Notes under the pieces: generated by a model
Told to the model about the DNA's origin: nothing
Databases searched by the model: none
Seen by the model: the letters and a program-made list of their open reading frames with translations, nothing else
Part shown: one piece after another, positions 45,697-55,475 of the stretch
Position numbering within the stretch: position 1 is the first letter of the stretch
How the letters are laid out: each line of letters begins with the position of its first letter
Source of the DNA: an uncultured archaeon
GTDB taxonomy: Archaea > Hadarchaeota > Hadarchaeia > Hadarchaeales > WYZ-LMO6
Reading direction: 5' to 3'
NCBI GenBank assembly: GCA_938074535.1
Contig: CALJER010000015.1
Coordinates: 1,544 to 65,543 of the forward strand
Length of the DNA: 64,000 nt
Program-made: the position numbers and the translations under genes

Positions 45697-46262
45697 GGTG
45701 CTTCAGAAGGAGGAGGGAGGGAAGGACGGACTACAGGCTCAGGTTCAGGCTCCTGAGGTCGGGGAAGCCGCGCCTGGTGGTCAGGTCTTCCCTGAACCAT
45801 ATCAGGGCCCAGGTGGTGGAGTTCGATCCCAGGGGAGACAGGGTGAGGGCCTCCGCCTTCTCCGGAGAGCTCAAGGAGTTCGGCTGGAAGGGGGGCACCT
45901 CCAACCTTCCCGCGGCCTACCTGGTGGGTTTGATGTGCGGTCTGAGGGCCAGGAAGGAGGGGGTGGAGGAGTGCGTGCTGGATGTCGGGCTGCACGACCC
46001 CGTTCCCTCCTCCAAGGTCTTCGCCGTGCTCAAGGGGGCCCTGGATGCAGGCCTGGTCGTCCCGCACTCCGAGGAGGTGCTGCCGGCGGAGGGAAGGGTG
46101 AGGGGGGAACACATTGCGGAGTATGCCAGGAAGCTCAGGGAGGAGGGAGAGGAGTACAGCAGGAGGTTCTCCGAGTACCTTAAGAGGGGCCTGCCGCCGG
46201 AGGAGCTCCCGAGGCACTTCGATGAAGTAAAAAAGACCCTGGGGGAGAGGTTGAGCGGGTGA
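45693..46262 (+). CDS. rpl18: 50S ribosomal protein L18 (uL18).
   Basis: [29 protein letters not shown] signature. Confidence 0.9.
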   Translation: MRCFRRRREGRTDYRLRFRLLRSGKPRLVVRSSLNHIRAQVVEFDPRGDRVRASAFSGELKEFGWKGGTSNLPAAYLVGLMCGLRARKEGVEECVLDVGLHDPVPSSKVFAVLKGALDAGLVVPHSEEVLPAEGRVRGEHIAEYARKLREEGEEYSRRFSEYLKRGLPPEELPRHFDEVKKTLGERLSG

Positions 46263-46266
46263 GACG

Positions 46267-46929
46267 ATGGAGAAACCGGCGCAGGAGTCCTGGGAGCCCA
46301 AGACCGCACTGGGAAGGGAGGTCAAGGAGGGAAAGGTGAAGAGCATCTCCGAGGTCCTCAGGAGGGGGGTGCCCATCAAGGAGCCGGAGATCGTGGAGGC
46401 CCTGGCCCCTGGCCTGGAGGAGAGAATCCTGGCCATAAACTTCGTGCAGCGCATGCACAAGTCGGGGAGGAGAAACAAGTACAGGGTGCTGGTGGCGGTG
46501 GGGAACCGGGACGGTCTGGTGGGGGTGGGACACAACAGCGCCAGGGAGATAAGGGAGGCGATAAGAAAGGCCACCCTCACGGCCAAGATGGGTCTGGTGG
46601 AGGTGGCGAGGGGATGCGGGAGCTGGGAGTGCAGGTGCGACAGACCGCACTCCGTTCCGGTGGAGGGGAAGGGGAAATACGGGAGCGTGGAAATCACCAT
46701 CAAACCCGCTCCCAGGGGTCTGGGTCTGGTGGCCTCAGAAGTTCCCAGAGCGGTGCTGGAGCTGGCTGGGGTGAAGGACGCCTGGACCTTCTCCAGGGGC
46801 GAGACCAGAACCACCATCAACCTTTCGATGGCCACCTTGCAGGCTCTCAAGAACCTCACGAAGGTGGCCTTCGTGGGAAGGAAGAAGGGCGTGCAGCTTG
46901 GCCCGACGGGAGGGGAGACCGGTGGCTGA
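46267..46929 (+). CDS. rps5: 30S ribosomal protein S5 (uS5).
   Basis: [25 protein letters not shown] motif. Confidence 0.9.
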   Translation: MEKPAQESWEPKTALGREVKEGKVKSISEVLRRGVPIKEPEIVEALAPGLEERILAINFVQRMHKSGRRNKYRVLVAVGNRDGLVGVGHNSAREIREAIRKATLTAKMGLVEVARGCGSWECRCDRPHSVPVEGKGKYGSVEITIKPAPRGLGLVASEVPRAVLELAGVKDAWTFSRGETRTTINLSMATLQALKNLTKVAFVGRKKGVQLGPTGGETGG

Positions 46930-47389
46930 GCTTCTGGCGGCGGTGAGGCTCAGGGGCAGCGTTAAGGCCAGGAAGGAGGTGGTGGATACCCTCCGGATGA
47001 TGGGTCTCACCAGGGTGAACCACTGCGTTCTGCTCAGGGGGGGGGACCCGGAGAAAGGAATGCTGAAGAAGGTCAAAGACATGGTGACTTGGGGTGAGAT
47101 AAACAGGGAGACCCTTCTCTCCCTTCTCAGGAAGAGGGGCAGGCTGAAGGGGGACCTCCCCCTCACCGACGAGAGGGTGAAGGCAGCGGGGTTTTCCTCC
47201 CTGGAGGAGTTCGCCGACGCCCTCCTGGAGGGGAAGGCAGGGGTGAAGGACCTCCCGGGCTTCAAAAAGGTCTTCAGGCTCCATCCTCCCAGGGGGGGTT
47301 ACAGGGCCACCAAGAAGCCGGTGGGGGAAGGAGGAGACTTGGGCTACAGGGGGGAGGGAATAAACGAGCTGATCCTGAGGATGATTTGA
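46922..47389 (+). CDS. rpl30: 50S ribosomal protein L30 (uL30).
   Basis: [28 protein letters not shown] 46922 preferred over the listed 46898. Confidence 0.85.
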   Translation: MAELLAAVRLRGSVKARKEVVDTLRMMGLTRVNHCVLLRGGDPEKGMLKKVKDMVTWGEINRETLLSLLRKRGRLKGDLPLTDERVKAAGFSSLEEFADALLEGKAGVKDLPGFKKVFRLHPPRGGYRATKKPVGEGGDLGYRGEGINELILRMI

Positions 47390-47398
47390 GGTGGGAGA

Positions 47399-47857
47399 GT
47401 GGTGGTGAGGAGGAGGCGGAAGGCCGGAAAGTACGACGGGAGGACCCACGGAAGGGGCTGCTCCAAGAGGGGAAGGGGGAGCGGGGAGAAGGGTGGAAAG
47501 GGGTGGAGCGGGGGACACAAGCAGAAGTGGAGTTACATCCTGAGGTACTTCCCCGATCACTTCGGCAAGCACGGCTTCGTTCCCCCGGAGAGGCCTGAGC
47601 CCTCGGTGGTGAACGTGGGGGAGATAGACGAAAAGCTGGAGGAGCTGCTGGAGAGAGGCCTGGCCGAGAGGAAGGGGGAGAGGATAGCGGTGGACGTGTC
47701 CAAGCTGGGGGTGAGGAAGGTGCTGGGAGGGGGGAGGGTGGAGCACGCTTTGGAGCTGAAGGCTCCCCGCGTGACCGCCGCAGCCAGGGCGAAGGTGGAG
47801 GAGGCCGGGGGTTTGGTGGTAGGGGAGTCGGCCGATGAACCAGGAAGAGAAGCCTAG
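47399..47857 (+). CDS. rpl15: 50S ribosomal protein L15 (uL15).
   Basis: 152 aa; Gly/Arg-rich N-terminus and KVLGGGRV motif. Confidence 0.9.
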   Translation: MVVRRRRKAGKYDGRTHGRGCSKRGRGSGEKGGKGWSGGHKQKWSYILRYFPDHFGKHGFVPPERPEPSVVNVGEIDEKLEELLERGLAERKGERIAVDVSKLGVRKVLGGGRVEHALELKAPRVTAAARAKVEEAGGLVVGESADEPGREA

Positions 47858-49187
47858 GTCCAGACTTTACGCGTTAAAGCCACTCCTCAGAGTTCTTCCG
47901 GAGGTGGAGGTCCCGAAGAGGCACATTTCCTTCAAAGAGAAGTTCCTCTGGAGCGCGCTCGCTCTCCTCCTCTTCCTGGTGATGACCCAGGTTCCCCTTT
48001 ACGGGGTGGAAAGACAGACCGAGAGCTTCTTCGGGGCCCTGAGGTACGTGCTGGCAAGCCACGCTGGCAGCTTGGTGGAGCTGGGGATAGGGCCCATCGT
48101 GACGGCGGGCATCATCATGCAGCTGCTGGTGGGGGCCAAGCTCATAGGGCTGGATCTGCGCGACAGGGAGGACAGGTCCCTCTTCACGGGGGTGCAGAAG
48201 CTCTTCGCCATCTTCATGGCCCTCTTCCAGGGGGGAGCGCTGGTGATGGGCGGGTGGTACACCAGGGGAGGGCCCCTCCTCCCGGTGGAGACCAGGATGG
48301 TCATCCTGGGCCAGCTGGTGCTGGGAGCGGTGGTGGTGATGTACCTGGACGAGCTTGTCTCCAAGTACGGCTTCGGGAGCGGCATAGGTCTCTTCATCGT
48401 GGGCGGGGTGGCCACGGAGGTGATATGGCAGGCCCTCTCCCCCTTCAGGTACGGGGGGGAGCCCATAGGGGCGGTCCCCTTCTTCGTGAAGACCCTCGTT
48501 TCCGGCGGACCCCTCTCCGACGCCTTCCTGAGGGGAGGGGCCAACATGCTGGGGGTGATAGCCACGGTGTTGGTCTTCCTGCTGGCCGTGTACGCCGAGA
48601 GCATGAGGGTGGAGATCCCCATCGCCTACGGGAGGTTCGGGGGAATCAGGGGGAGGTATCCCCTGAAGTTCATGTACACCTCGGTGATACCGGTGATCCT
48701 GGCCATGGCGGTCTTCGCCAACCTAAGGCTCCTGGCCTACTTCTTCCCACGCCTGGGCTTCCTGGATCCATACCTGAGCGCCCCCCACGGGCTGACGGAG
48801 GTGGCAGGCGATCCGCTCAGGGCCTTGATCTACTTCCTCCTGCTGGTCTCCCTCTGCGTGGGCTTCAGCATCCTCTGGGTCTCCCTCGCGGGCATGGGCC
48901 CCAGGGAGGTGGCGGAGAGCCTGGACGAGTCGGGCTTCCTCATCCCCGGTTTCAGGAGGGACGTGAGGGTGATGGAGCAGCTCCTCTCCAGGTACATCTC
49001 CGGCCTCACGGTGCTGAGCGGGCTGACCGTAGGTGCGCTCTCCGCCGTGGCGGACTTCCTGGGGGCCCTGGGGTCGGGAACGGGTATCCTTTTGGCCGTG
49101 GGGATTACTTATAGCCTCTACGAGGAAATAGCCAGGGAGCGGGTGAGCGAGATGTTCCCGGCTCTGAGGAGGTTCCTGGGTGAGTGA
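47835..49187 (+). CDS. secY: Preprotein translocase subunit SecY.
   Basis: 450 aa, 10 TM, plug/hinge motifs (GIGPIVTAGIIMQLL). Confidence 0.95.
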   Translation: MNQEEKPRSRLYALKPLLRVLPEVEVPKRHISFKEKFLWSALALLLFLVMTQVPLYGVERQTESFFGALRYVLASHAGSLVELGIGPIVTAGIIMQLLVGAKLIGLDLRDREDRSLFTGVQKLFAIFMALFQGGALVMGGWYTRGGPLLPVETRMVILGQLVLGAVVVMYLDELVSKYGFGSGIGLFIVGGVATEVIWQALSPFRYGGEPIGAVPFFVKTLVSGGPLSDAFLRGGANMLGVIATVLVFLLAVYAESMRVEIPIAYGRFGGIRGRYPLKFMYTSVIPVILAMAVFANLRLLAYFFPRLGFLDPYLSAPHGLTEVAGDPLRALIYFLLLVSLCVGFSILWVSLAGMGPREVAESLDESGFLIPGFRRDVRVMEQLLSRYISGLTVLSGLTVGALSAVADFLGALGSGTGILLAVGITYSLYEEIARERVSEMFPALRRFLGE

Positions 49188-50067
49188 AGTGCGCCCTGCG
49201 GTTTCGGAGGTCCCTGCCCCCCAGACCCCCCCAGCTCCCCCACCGACCCCCCGCGGGAAGGGAAAGCTGGTGGAGGTGTCGGTGCTCCTCCTCCTTCTCC
49301 TGCTCCTGGGCGCCGTTCTCTGGGCGGTGTTCGCCCATCGGGCCGACACTCCGGCCAAGGAAATGCTCCAGAAGGTGGACCACTCCCTGATCTCCCTCAG
49401 GCACGGGGACGAGACGGGGGCCAAGGACAGCCTGGGGAGGGCCAAGCAGGACTACCTCGGCCTGAGGTCCGCGCTGGAGAGCGTCGACCCCGAGCTGGAC
49501 AACCGCATCCTCTCGGCCTTCGACAACCAGCTCTCCACCCCCTCGGAAAAAGGCATCCTCTCCCTGCGCTCCATGCTGGAGAGGGGAAGCTCGAAGGCGG
49601 CGCTGGAGGTTCCTCTCGCCTACAGCCACGCCGCCTTCCTGGTGCTCCTCATCTCCATCCTCTTTTCCTTTTTGGTTACCATGCTCACCCGCAGGATGGT
49701 GGACTGGGAGAAGGTGAGGAGGATCAGGAGGGAGGTCGCCTCCTGGCAGGCCGAGCTCAGGGAGGCCCAGCGCAGGAAGGACATGAAGAAAGTCCACAAG
49801 ATGATAACGGAGCAGGGGCGCATCCTCTCCCTCCAGGGGGAAATGATGAGGGAGAGCCTCCGCCCTACCCTGGTCTACCTCTTTCCCTGGCTCCTCCTCT
49901 GGGCCCTGCTCAGCAGGCTGTACGTGGGGTGGGTGATGGTTTGGCTTCCCTTCTCCCTCCCCCTCCCCTTCTTCGGGGAGTGGTCCTCCTGCGGGTTCGT
50001 GGGATGGCTCTTTATAACCTACTTCGTCTTTTCCCACCTCTGGAGGAGACTGCTGATAGGTGAGTGA
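49180..50067 (+). CDS. DUF106/EMC3-TMCO1-like (Oxa1-superfamily) membrane protein with long Pro-rich N-terminal extension.
   Basis: C-terminal half (coiled coil KVRRIRREVASWQAELREAQRRKDMKKV then TM helices ..LVYLFPWLLLWALL..VMVWLPF..) matches the conserved archaeal gene that follows secY. N-terminal 120 aa unusual. Confidence 0.6.
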   Translation: MSEVRPAVSEVPAPQTPPAPPPTPRGKGKLVEVSVLLLLLLLLGAVLWAVFAHRADTPAKEMLQKVDHSLISLRHGDETGAKDSLGRAKQDYLGLRSALESVDPELDNRILSAFDNQLSTPSEKGILSLRSMLERGSSKAALEVPLAYSHAAFLVLLISILFSFLVTMLTRRMVDWEKVRRIRREVASWQAELREAQRRKDMKKVHKMITEQGRILSLQGEMMRESLRPTLVYLFPWLLLWALLSRLYVGWVMVWLPFSLPLPFFGEWSSCGFVGWLFITYFVFSHLWRRLLIGE

Positions 50068-50313
50068 ATGCCCGCGCGCAGGCTTAGGACGAGGGCCTAC
50101 AGGAGGGTTTCCCTGAGGCTGCCCGGGGGGAGGACGGTGGTTAGATACGAGGAGAGGAGGAAGGGTCAGGCCAGGTGCAGGAGGTGCGGCCTCCCCCTGC
50201 CCGGCCAGTCTTCTCGGAGGTCCCTGCCCCGCTCCTCCAGGAAGGCCAACCGCCCCTTCTCCGACCTCTGCTCCAGGTGCTCCAGGGAGGCCCTGAGGAG
50301 CCTCCTCCGGTAG
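50068..50313 (+). CDS. rpl34e: 50S ribosomal protein L34e.
   Basis: 81 aa with CRRCG zinc-ribbon-like motif. Confidence 0.85.
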   Translation: MPARRLRTRAYRRVSLRLPGGRTVVRYEERRKGQARCRRCGLPLPGQSSRRSLPRSSRKANRPFSDLCSRCSREALRSLLR

Positions 50314-50320
50314 GTGGAAC

Positions 50321-50863
50321 TTGCTCGTCACCATAAGCGGTGATCACGGGGCCGGGAAGAGCGTGGTGGCCAGGGAGCTCGCCAGGAGACTGGGGTTCGG
50401 GTACCTCTCGGCTGGGGAGATCTTCAGGCGCATGGCGGAGGAGAAGGGAATGGACCTGAGGGAGTTCTCTGAGTACGCGGAGAAACACCCGGAGGTAGAC
50501 AGGGAGATCGACAGGAGGCTGAGTGAGGTTAAGGGGGAGGTGGTGGTGGATGGGAGGCTTTCGGGCTGGATGGTGAGGGAGGCGGACCTCAGGGTGCTTC
50601 TCACGGCCCCGCTCGAGGTGAGGGTGAGGAGGATTGCGGAGAGGGAGGGCAGGGACCTGGAGGAAGTGAGGGAGGAGACGCTGATCAGGGAGAGGAGCGA
50701 GAGAAAGCGGTTTAAGGAGCTCTACGGGATAAATATAGACGATCTCTCCATCTTCGACCTCGTGATCAACACCTCCAGACTGGGGGTGGAGGAGGAGGTG
50801 GAGATGCTGGAGAAACTGGTGGAAGGGAGGAGGAAGAGTGGAAGTAGGAAGGGTGTGCGTTAA
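50321..50863 (+). CDS. cmk: Cytidylate kinase (archaeal type).
   Basis: VTISGDHGAGKS P-loop. Conserved position between L34e and L14e. Confidence 0.85.
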   Translation: MLVTISGDHGAGKSVVARELARRLGFGYLSAGEIFRRMAEEKGMDLREFSEYAEKHPEVDREIDRRLSEVKGEVVVDGRLSGWMVREADLRVLLTAPLEVRVRRIAEREGRDLEEVREETLIRERSERKRFKELYGINIDDLSIFDLVINTSRLGVEEEVEMLEKLVEGRRKSGSRKGVR

Positions 50864-51089
50864 GGTGGCGGGGAGGGAAGCGGGGAGAAAGTGCGTGGTG
50901 GTGGAGACGATAGACGACACCTACGTCGTGGTGGTGGGGAAGGGAGTAAAGAGGAGGAGGTGCAACCTCAAACACCTGGAGCCCCTGCCCCTCAAGCTCG
51001 ACCTTCCCCCGGGGGCGGGGGAGGAGGAGGTGGTGAGGCTGCTAGAGGATGCCCTCTCGCGCTCCGGGAGTCAGGGGACCCAGACTTGA
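50838..51089 (+). CDS. rpl14e: 50S ribosomal protein L14e.
   Basis: VEVGRVCVKVAGREAGRKCVVV...KRRRCNLKHLEP signature. Confidence 0.8.
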   Translation: MEVGRVCVKVAGREAGRKCVVVETIDDTYVVVVGKGVKRRRCNLKHLEPLPLKLDLPPGAGEEEVVRLLEDALSRSGSQGTQT

Positions 51090-52072
51090 AGAAGCTGCCC
51101 TTTCTCTCCCCGAGAGAGGTGCTGGTGAGGGCCGAAGACCTTACGGACGAGCGGTACGGCTGTCCCCCTTTCCAGCGTCCCATAAGGGAGCACCTGAGGC
51201 TGGGAGTGCTGAACCTCGACAAGCCCGTGGGCCCCACCTCCCATGAGGTGGTCTCCTGGGTCAAGTCGGTGATGGAGAGAAGGAAGGCCGGCCACTCCGG
51301 TACCCTCGACCCGGCGGTCAGCGGGGTGCTCCCCATAGCCCTGGAGGATGCGACCAAGGTTCTTCAGGCCCTCCTTCCCGCTGGCAAGGAGTACGTTTGC
51401 CTGCTGCACCTCCACGGGGACGTGCCGGAGGTGCGCCTGAGGGAGGTGCTCGAGGAGTTCCAGGGGGAGATTTACCAGCGCCCACCCATGCGGGCAGCGG
51501 TCAGGAGGAAGCTCAGGAAGAGAAAGATTTACTACGCGGAGATCCTGGAGAGGGAGGGAAGGAACGTCCTGCTCAGGGTGGGCTGCGAGGCCGGAACCTA
51601 CCTCAGGAAGTACTGCTTCGACCTGGGGCTGGCGCTGGGCCCGGGGGCCCACATGAAGGAGCTCAGGAGGACCAGGACGGGACCCTTCGCGGAGGACGGC
51701 ACGCTGGTGAAGCTGCAGGACATCGCGGATGCCTACGCCTTCTGGAAGGAGGAGGGTGAGGAAAAGTGGCTGCGGAGGACGGTGCTGCCCGTGGAGGTCG
51801 CGGTGGGGCACCTCCCCAAGCTTGTGGTGAGGGACGGTGCGGTGGACGCCCTCTGCCACGGGGCGGCTCTGGCGGCGCCCGGCGTGCTTACGGTGGAAAC
51901 GGGGATCTCCCCCGGGGATCTGGTGGCGGTGATGACCCTGAAGGGTGAGCTCGTATGCTTGGCCAAGGCTACCCAGACCTCCAGACAGATCCTGGAGGCG
52001 GACCACGGGATCGTGGCCAGACCTGAGAGGGTGGTGATGTCCCCCGGTACGTACCCGAGGAAGTGGAAGTGA
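51086..52072 (+). CDS. cbf5: tRNA/rRNA pseudouridine synthase Cbf5 (TruB family, H/ACA RNP catalytic subunit).
   Basis: GVLNLDKPVGPTSHEVVSWVK...AGHSGTLDPAVSGVLPIAL catalytic-Asp motif plus C-terminal PUA. TTG start at 51086 overlapping the L14e stop (TTGA). Confidence 0.85.
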   Translation: MKKLPFLSPREVLVRAEDLTDERYGCPPFQRPIREHLRLGVLNLDKPVGPTSHEVVSWVKSVMERRKAGHSGTLDPAVSGVLPIALEDATKVLQALLPAGKEYVCLLHLHGDVPEVRLREVLEEFQGEIYQRPPMRAAVRRKLRKRKIYYAEILEREGRNVLLRVGCEAGTYLRKYCFDLGLALGPGAHMKELRRTRTGPFAEDGTLVKLQDIADAYAFWKEEGEEKWLRRTVLPVEVAVGHLPKLVVRDGAVDALCHGAALAAPGVLTVETGISPGDLVAVMTLKGELVCLAKATQTSRQILEADHGIVARPERVVMSPGTYPRKWK

Positions 52073-52315
52073 AGACCACTCGAGGGGGGCGGTCTTGAAG
52101 GTGCTCCATGGGCCCTCGAGCGGGCTGAACGGTGCTCTGGGAGAAAGGGGATTCCGGGTCCCTCGAGATGATGAAGGGGGGGCGCAGGAAGGCAGGGTCA
52201 GGTGCCTTGGAGGAGCAGGGAGGTTCGGAGCCGGCTCCCCCGCGCCGCCATCCGCCTTTCTCCGACCCGGGGGGAGCCTAGATAGGCTTTTACTCCAGCC
52301 GGTTCAAACACATCG

Positions 52316-52400
52316 GCCGGGGTAGCCTAGCCAGGTAAGGCGCACGCCTGGAGAGCGTGTGACCCTTTGGGTCTCGAGGGTTCAAATCCCTCCCCCGGCG
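52316..52400 (+). tRNA. tRNA-Ser (anticodon GGA), class II with long variable arm; no encoded CCA.
   Basis: GCCGGGGTAGCCTAGCCAGGTAAGGCGCACGCCTGGAGAGCGTGTGACCCTTTGGGTCTCGAGGGTTCAAATCCCTCCCCCGGCG; anticodon loop CTGGAGA. Confidence 0.85.
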
Positions 52401-52431
52401 CTTCCTGGGGGGGCGGGAGAGGGGGAGGGCA

Positions 52432-52445
52432 ATTCCTTATAAGTT
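52432..52445 (+). promoter_or_regulatory. TATA-like element (ttccttataagttt) upstream of S13.
   Basis: A/T box about 25-30 nt before ATG 52466. Confidence 0.35.
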
Positions 52446-52465
52446 TTGGTTTTAAAGTTTTCGTA

Positions 52466-52972
52466 ATGGCCGAGTTCAGGCACATCGTGAGGATGATTTA
52501 CAAGGACCTGCCGGGGGAGAAACCCGTGCAGTGGGCCCTCTCCGAGCTCAAAGGGGTGGGGCCCGCCTTCGCCAGGGCGGTGGCCCTGGCAGCGGGCGTC
52601 GATCCCTCAGAGAAGCTGGGCTCCCTGGACGAGGAGGCCCTGAAGAGGGTGGAGGAGGTGCTCAGGGATCCGGCTAAGCACGGAATCCCCTCCTGGATGT
52701 TCAACCTCAGGAAGGATTACGAGACGGGGAAGGACCTGCACCTCCTGGGACCAGACCTGGACATGGCGGTCCAGGGCTACATCGGGCTGGAGCGCAGGAT
52801 AAGGAGCCGCAGGGGGATAAGGCATGAGCTGGGACTTCCGGTGAGGGGTCAGAGGACCAGGACCACCGGTAGGAAAGGAATGACCGTGGGAGTGAAGAGG
52901 AAAGAGGTGAGGATAAGAGAGGAAGCCGCCAAGGCCAAGGAGTCCAAGTCCAAGAAGGAGAAGAAGGGGTGA
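52466..52972 (+). CDS. rps13: 30S ribosomal protein S13 (uS13).
   Basis: [21 protein letters not shown]... The listed ORF start 52367 overlaps tRNA-Ser and is rejected. Confidence 0.9.
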   Translation: MAEFRHIVRMIYKDLPGEKPVQWALSELKGVGPAFARAVALAAGVDPSEKLGSLDEEALKRVEEVLRDPAKHGIPSWMFNLRKDYETGKDLHLLGPDLDMAVQGYIGLERRIRSRRGIRHELGLPVRGQRTRTTGRKGMTVGVKRKEVRIREEAAKAKESKSKKEKKG

Positions 52973-52976
52973 GGAC

Positions 52977-53486
52977 TTGAAGAGGCAGAGGAAGAAGTAC
53001 AGCAGGCCCCTCCACCCCTGGGACAAGGAAAGGATGGATGCGGAGGATGCCCTCCTAAAGAAGTACGGTCTGAGGAGGAAAGAAGAAATATGGAAGACGG
53101 CGGCCGTCCTCAGGGGATGGAGGAGACAGGCCAGAAGGCTGCTGGCCCTTAGCGGCAGGCAGGCCGAGCTGGAGACCAGGCAGCTGCTGGACAGACTCAG
53201 GAGGTTCGGGTTGGTGGGGGAAAACGCCACCCTGGACGACGTGCTCAGCCTCACCCTGGAGGACCTGCTGGAGAGGAGGCTGCAGACGGTGGTATACAGG
53301 AAGGGTCTGGCGAGGACCCAGCGCCAGGCCAGGCAGCTTATCGTCCACGGTCACGTGAAGATTGGGGACCACAAGGTGAGGATTCCGAGCTACCTGGTGC
53401 CCACGGAGGAGGAGGGGAAGGTGGAGGCCTCCCTCCAGGTGGTGCCTCCATCCCCCGCAAAGCCTGCACAGGAGGGTGAGGGATGA
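52977..53486 (+). CDS. rps4: 30S ribosomal protein S4 (uS4).
   Basis: [20 protein letters not shown]-terminus; TTG start. Confidence 0.9.
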   Translation: MKRQRKKYSRPLHPWDKERMDAEDALLKKYGLRRKEEIWKTAAVLRGWRRQARRLLALSGRQAELETRQLLDRLRRFGLVGENATLDDVLSLTLEDLLERRLQTVVYRKGLARTQRQARQLIVHGHVKIGDHKVRIPSYLVPTEEEGKVEASLQVVPPSPAKPAQEGEG

Positions 53487-53881
53487 GCGAACACAAAGCA
53501 GGGAGGTGGGGCGTGGCCCACATCTACTCCTCCTTCAACGATACCATCATCCACATCACCGACCTGACGGGAGCGGAGACGATCGCCAGGAAGTCTGGGG
53601 GGATGGTGGTGAAGACCGACAGGGAGGAAGCCTCCCCCTACGCGGCGATGCAGGCCGCGGCCAGGGCGGCGGAAGAGGCCATGGAGAAGGGGATAGTGGG
53701 AGTCCACATCAAGGTGAGGGCTCCGGGGGGCAGCGGCTCCAGGAGCCCTGGCCCGGGGGCGCAGGCGGCCATCAGGGCCCTGGCCAGGGCGGGGTTGAAG
53801 ATAGGCAGCATCGAGGATGTTACCCCCATCCCCCACGACGGTACGAAGAGGAAGGGGGGGAGGAGGGGGAGGAGGGTCTGA
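53483..53881 (+). CDS. rps11: 30S ribosomal protein S11 (uS11).
   Basis: [22 protein letters not shown] signature. Confidence 0.9.
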   Translation: MSEHKAGRWGVAHIYSSFNDTIIHITDLTGAETIARKSGGMVVKTDREEASPYAAMQAAARAAEEAMEKGIVGVHIKVRAPGGSGSRSPGPGAQAAIRALARAGLKIGSIEDVTPIPHDGTKRKGGRRGRRV

Positions 53882-54670
53882 ATGGAAGTGAAGATAAACT
53901 CTCTCACGGACCAGGAGATGGAGCTGAGGCTGGAGGGGATTACCCCCGCCATGGCCAACTCCCTGAGGAGGGCCATCCTGAGGGAGGTCCCCGTGATGGC
54001 CGTGGACGAGCTGGAGGTGAAGCTGAACGACTCGGCCCTCCACGATGAAATTCTCGCCCACAGGATGGCGATGGTGCCCCTGAAAACCCCCCTGAGGGGT
54101 TACGTCCTGCCGGAGGAGTGCAAGTGCGGGGAGGGGAGGTGCCCCAGGTGCACCGTTACCCTCTCCCTTCAGAAAGAGGGACCGTGCTTGGTGGTGAGCG
54201 GGGACCTCCTGTCCTCGGATGAGAATGTGGTGCCGGTGAGCGACTCCATACCCATCGTTAAGCTGGAGAGGGGACAGAAGCTGGAGTTGATCGCCCTCGC
54301 GAGGCTGGGGCTGGGGAAGCAGCACGCGAAGTGGCAGCCCGGCCTGGCCTTCTACAAGTACATGCCGCTGGTGAGGGTGAACCAGAAGGAGTGCGATGGC
54401 TGCGAGGACTGCGTGCAGGCATGTCCGCCGAAAATCCTCGCCCTCTCGGGTGGGAAGGTGGTGGTTACGGACGTGCTCAAGTGTATCATGTGCAGGATGT
54501 GTGAGAAGGTATGCAAGAGGGGAGCGATAAGGGTGAGTTTCGATGACAGCAGGTTCATCTTCAGGGTGGAGACCAACGGTTCTCTCAGGCCGGAGCAGCT
54601 CTTCCTCCAGGCGGTGAAGGTCCTAGCGGAGAAGTGCGGAGAATTCGAGAAGCTGGTGGAGAAGCTGTGA
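53882..54670 (+). CDS. rpoD: DNA-directed RNA polymerase subunit D (Rpo3) with 4Fe-4S ferredoxin-like domain.
   Basis: 262 aa; CxxCxxCxxxCP clusters (CDGCEDCVQACPP; CIMCRMCEKVC) in the dimerisation-domain insert. Confidence 0.9.
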   Translation: MEVKINSLTDQEMELRLEGITPAMANSLRRAILREVPVMAVDELEVKLNDSALHDEILAHRMAMVPLKTPLRGYVLPEECKCGEGRCPRCTVTLSLQKEGPCLVVSGDLLSSDENVVPVSDSIPIVKLERGQKLELIALARLGLGKQHAKWQPGLAFYKYMPLVRVNQKECDGCEDCVQACPPKILALSGGKVVVTDVLKCIMCRMCEKVCKRGAIRVSFDDSRFIFRVETNGSLRPEQLFLQAVKVLAEKCGEFEKLVEKL

Positions 54671-54786
54671 GGAAGGTTTCCCGCAGGGTCTTCGCCGAAG
54701 GTCTTCTGCAGCCTGGGGGTTATTCCGCCTGTCCTCGATTTTTCCTTCGGTAAAGAGATAAACCCCAAAAGGTTAGAAAAGTAGGT

Positions 54787-54874
54787 GCGGGGGTAGCCAA
54801 GCCAGGTCTAAGGCGCTGGCCTGAGGCGCCAGTCCCGTAGGGGTTCGGGGGTTCAAATCCCCTCCCCCGCACCA
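54787..54874 (+). tRNA. tRNA-Leu (anticodon GAG), long variable arm, CCA encoded.
   Basis: GCGGGGGTAGCCAAGCCAGGTCTAAGGCGCTGGCCTGAGGCGCCAGTCCCGTAGGGGTTCGGGGGTTCAAATCCCCTCCCCCGCACCA; anticodon loop CTGAGGC. Confidence 0.85.
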
Positions 54875-54989
54875 CCTCGGCCCGAAGGGGGAAGCTTCTA
54901 AGGGTGCGGTATCTTCAGGCGGGGTTCAGAGGCGGCGGAAAGGAAAAAAAGAACTAGAGGTTTCCAGCGTGCTGCCTGGGGGGAGCTTC

Positions 54990-55376
54990 TCATTCCACCC
55001 TCGGGGCCACCACCAGAGCTATCTCCCGGTCCATCAGAAAGACCACAGGAGAGGTCTCCGGCCAGTAGTGGGCTACCACTCCGCAGGGGTACAGGTTCAG
55101 CCCCCTCACCAGGTGGTAGAGGGCCCCGCTCGCCAGCTCCACGTCTATGGTGTATCCGTACCTCACCCTCAGCGTGGTGGCCAGCTCGGTGAGGCCCAGG
55201 GCCGCCCTGCCCTTGGTGGAAACGTCCACCTCGGCCTTTTCCAGCCCCTCCAGTTTGGTCTTGGCCTCCTCGCTCGGTTTCAGCACCGCCATCACGTGGG
55301 TCGGATCCAGGATTCCCTTCTCCGCCACTTCCTTACCCATCACTTCCTCGAACCGCGGTAGGCTTTTTGGCTCCAT
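54990..55376 (-). CDS. Hypothetical protein (about 128 aa).
   Basis: Coding-like C-terminal part of listed ORF 54990..55880 (MEPKSLPRFEEVMGKEVAEKGILDP...). N-terminal 160 aa of that ORF is low-complexity read-through. Confidence 0.35.
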   Translation of the reverse strand: MEPKSLPRFEEVMGKEVAEKGILDPTHVMAVLKPSEEAKTKLEGLEKAEVDVSTKGRAALGLTELATTLRVRYGYTIDVELASGALYHLVRGLNLYPCGVVAHYWPETSPVVFLMDREIALVVAPRVE

Positions 55377-55475
55377 TTTCTCCTGCCGGATTGGCCCTTT
55401 TCCCTCTTTTAAAGGGGAAAAAGCCGGCGGTGCCCTTCCAGCAGGGAGAAATAGAAGGGAGGAGAGAGGGGAGGG

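Noticed and set aside
52073-52315. Calling the cbf5/tRNA-Ser spacer an SRP (7S) RNA gene.
   Set aside because: Too short (about 243 nt) and lacks a recognisable helix-8 GGAAGG-AGCAGC/GNAR signature; kept only as an unassigned non-coding region in the findings.
52367-52465. Listed ORF start for S13 at 52367.
   Set aside because: Would overlap the tRNA-Ser gene (52316..52400). The S13 consensus N-terminus MAEFRHIVR begins at 52466, with a TATA-like box in between.
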